Assembly (NCBI RefSeq): GCF_036321535.1
Contig: NC_087436.1
Location: 71,736,001-71,800,000, forward strand
Origin: Camelus dromedarius
Taxonomy: Eukaryota
Direction of reading: 5' to 3'
DNA length: 64,000 bases
Part shown: positions 63,477 to 64,000 of the stretch, piece after piece
How positions within the stretch are numbered: position 1 is the first letter of the stretch
How the letters are laid out: the number at the start of each line of letters is the position of its first letter
Program-made: the position numbers and the translations under genes
Notes under the pieces: model-generated
What the model saw: only the letters and a program-made list of their open reading frames with translations
What the model was told of the DNA's origin: nothing
The model's database searches: none

Positions 63477-63741
63477 CATTTGGTCCTTGAACAACACAAG
63501 GGTAAAGGGTATCCATATTCCATTCAATTGAAAATCTGCAAATAACTTAGTCAGCCCTCCATACATGTGGGTTCCTCCATACATGTGGGTTCCTCCATAT
63601 CTGTGGTTCCTCTATATCCGTGTTTCTGCCTCCATGGATTCAACCAATCACAGACTGTGTAGCAATGAAATATTTACTAGTGAAAAAATGAGTGTAAGTA
63701 GACCTACGCAGTTCAGATCTGTGTTGTTCAAGGGTCAACTG
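63477..63741 (-). mobile_element. Full-length TcMar-Tigger MITE, MER8-like
   Basis: TA...catttggtccttgaacaacac and gtgttgttcaagggtcaactg...TA terminal inverted repeats with TA target duplication. Confidence 0.82.
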
Positions 63742-64000
63742 TAAATAAAATGGCTTCTTTTTAGCTAGAGAAAAAAAAAGCCTCTGAGGAGTGAAGAAAT
63801 TAATATGTACTAATGATTCTTTTCCAGCTGCTTTCTTGGCATATTTTTCACTATACTATTCATAACTGTTTTACATATGAGATGGTGTGATTTTTATTGC
63901 ATAACATCATCAGAAAAACTTAAAAGGTCAAGTCACAAAATATTTATTTAGCCCTTATTAACCATAAACTATTATATAAAAGGAATTGTAGGACATACAA

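Noticed and set aside
1..64000. A wholly new gene or biological system
   Set aside because: All convincing coding sequence is explained by ANKRD17, and the rest by common repeats or unremarkable intron. Only hypothesis-level splicing and regulatory candidates remain.

Overview
This is AT-rich mammalian genomic DNA lying entirely inside one large minus-strand gene, ANKRD17 (MASK2; ankyrin repeats plus a KH domain). I traced 27 consecutive coding exons from 60890 down to 1970. They total 6455 nt, and their splice phases join consistently at every junction. By memory of the human gene they are about exons 4-30 of 34, so the start and stop codons fall outside the window. They encode two ankyrin clusters, a Gln-rich coiled-coil linker, a basic NLS-like segment, a KH domain and a long S/P/T-rich tail. 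The introns hold ordinary mammalian repeats (L1, L2, MIR, hAT/Tigger MITEs, microsatellites) and four tRNA-derived SINEs resembling the camelid Vic-1 family, which suggests a camel, llama or alpaca source (inference). I see no CRISPR, prokaryotic system or wholly new gene. The most interesting signals are splicing-related: (1) two GC-AG introns, one with an unusually weak donor on the frame-preserving exon that carries the KH GxxG loop; (2) a 753-nt symmetric exon flanked by a hairpin and alternative donors; (3) a NAGNAG acceptor; (4) candidate poison exons; and (5) a ~717-bp almost pure-purine SINE tail that reads as a giant polypyrimidine tract in the pre-mRNA. Exon numbers and repeat family names are from memory, not from a search.
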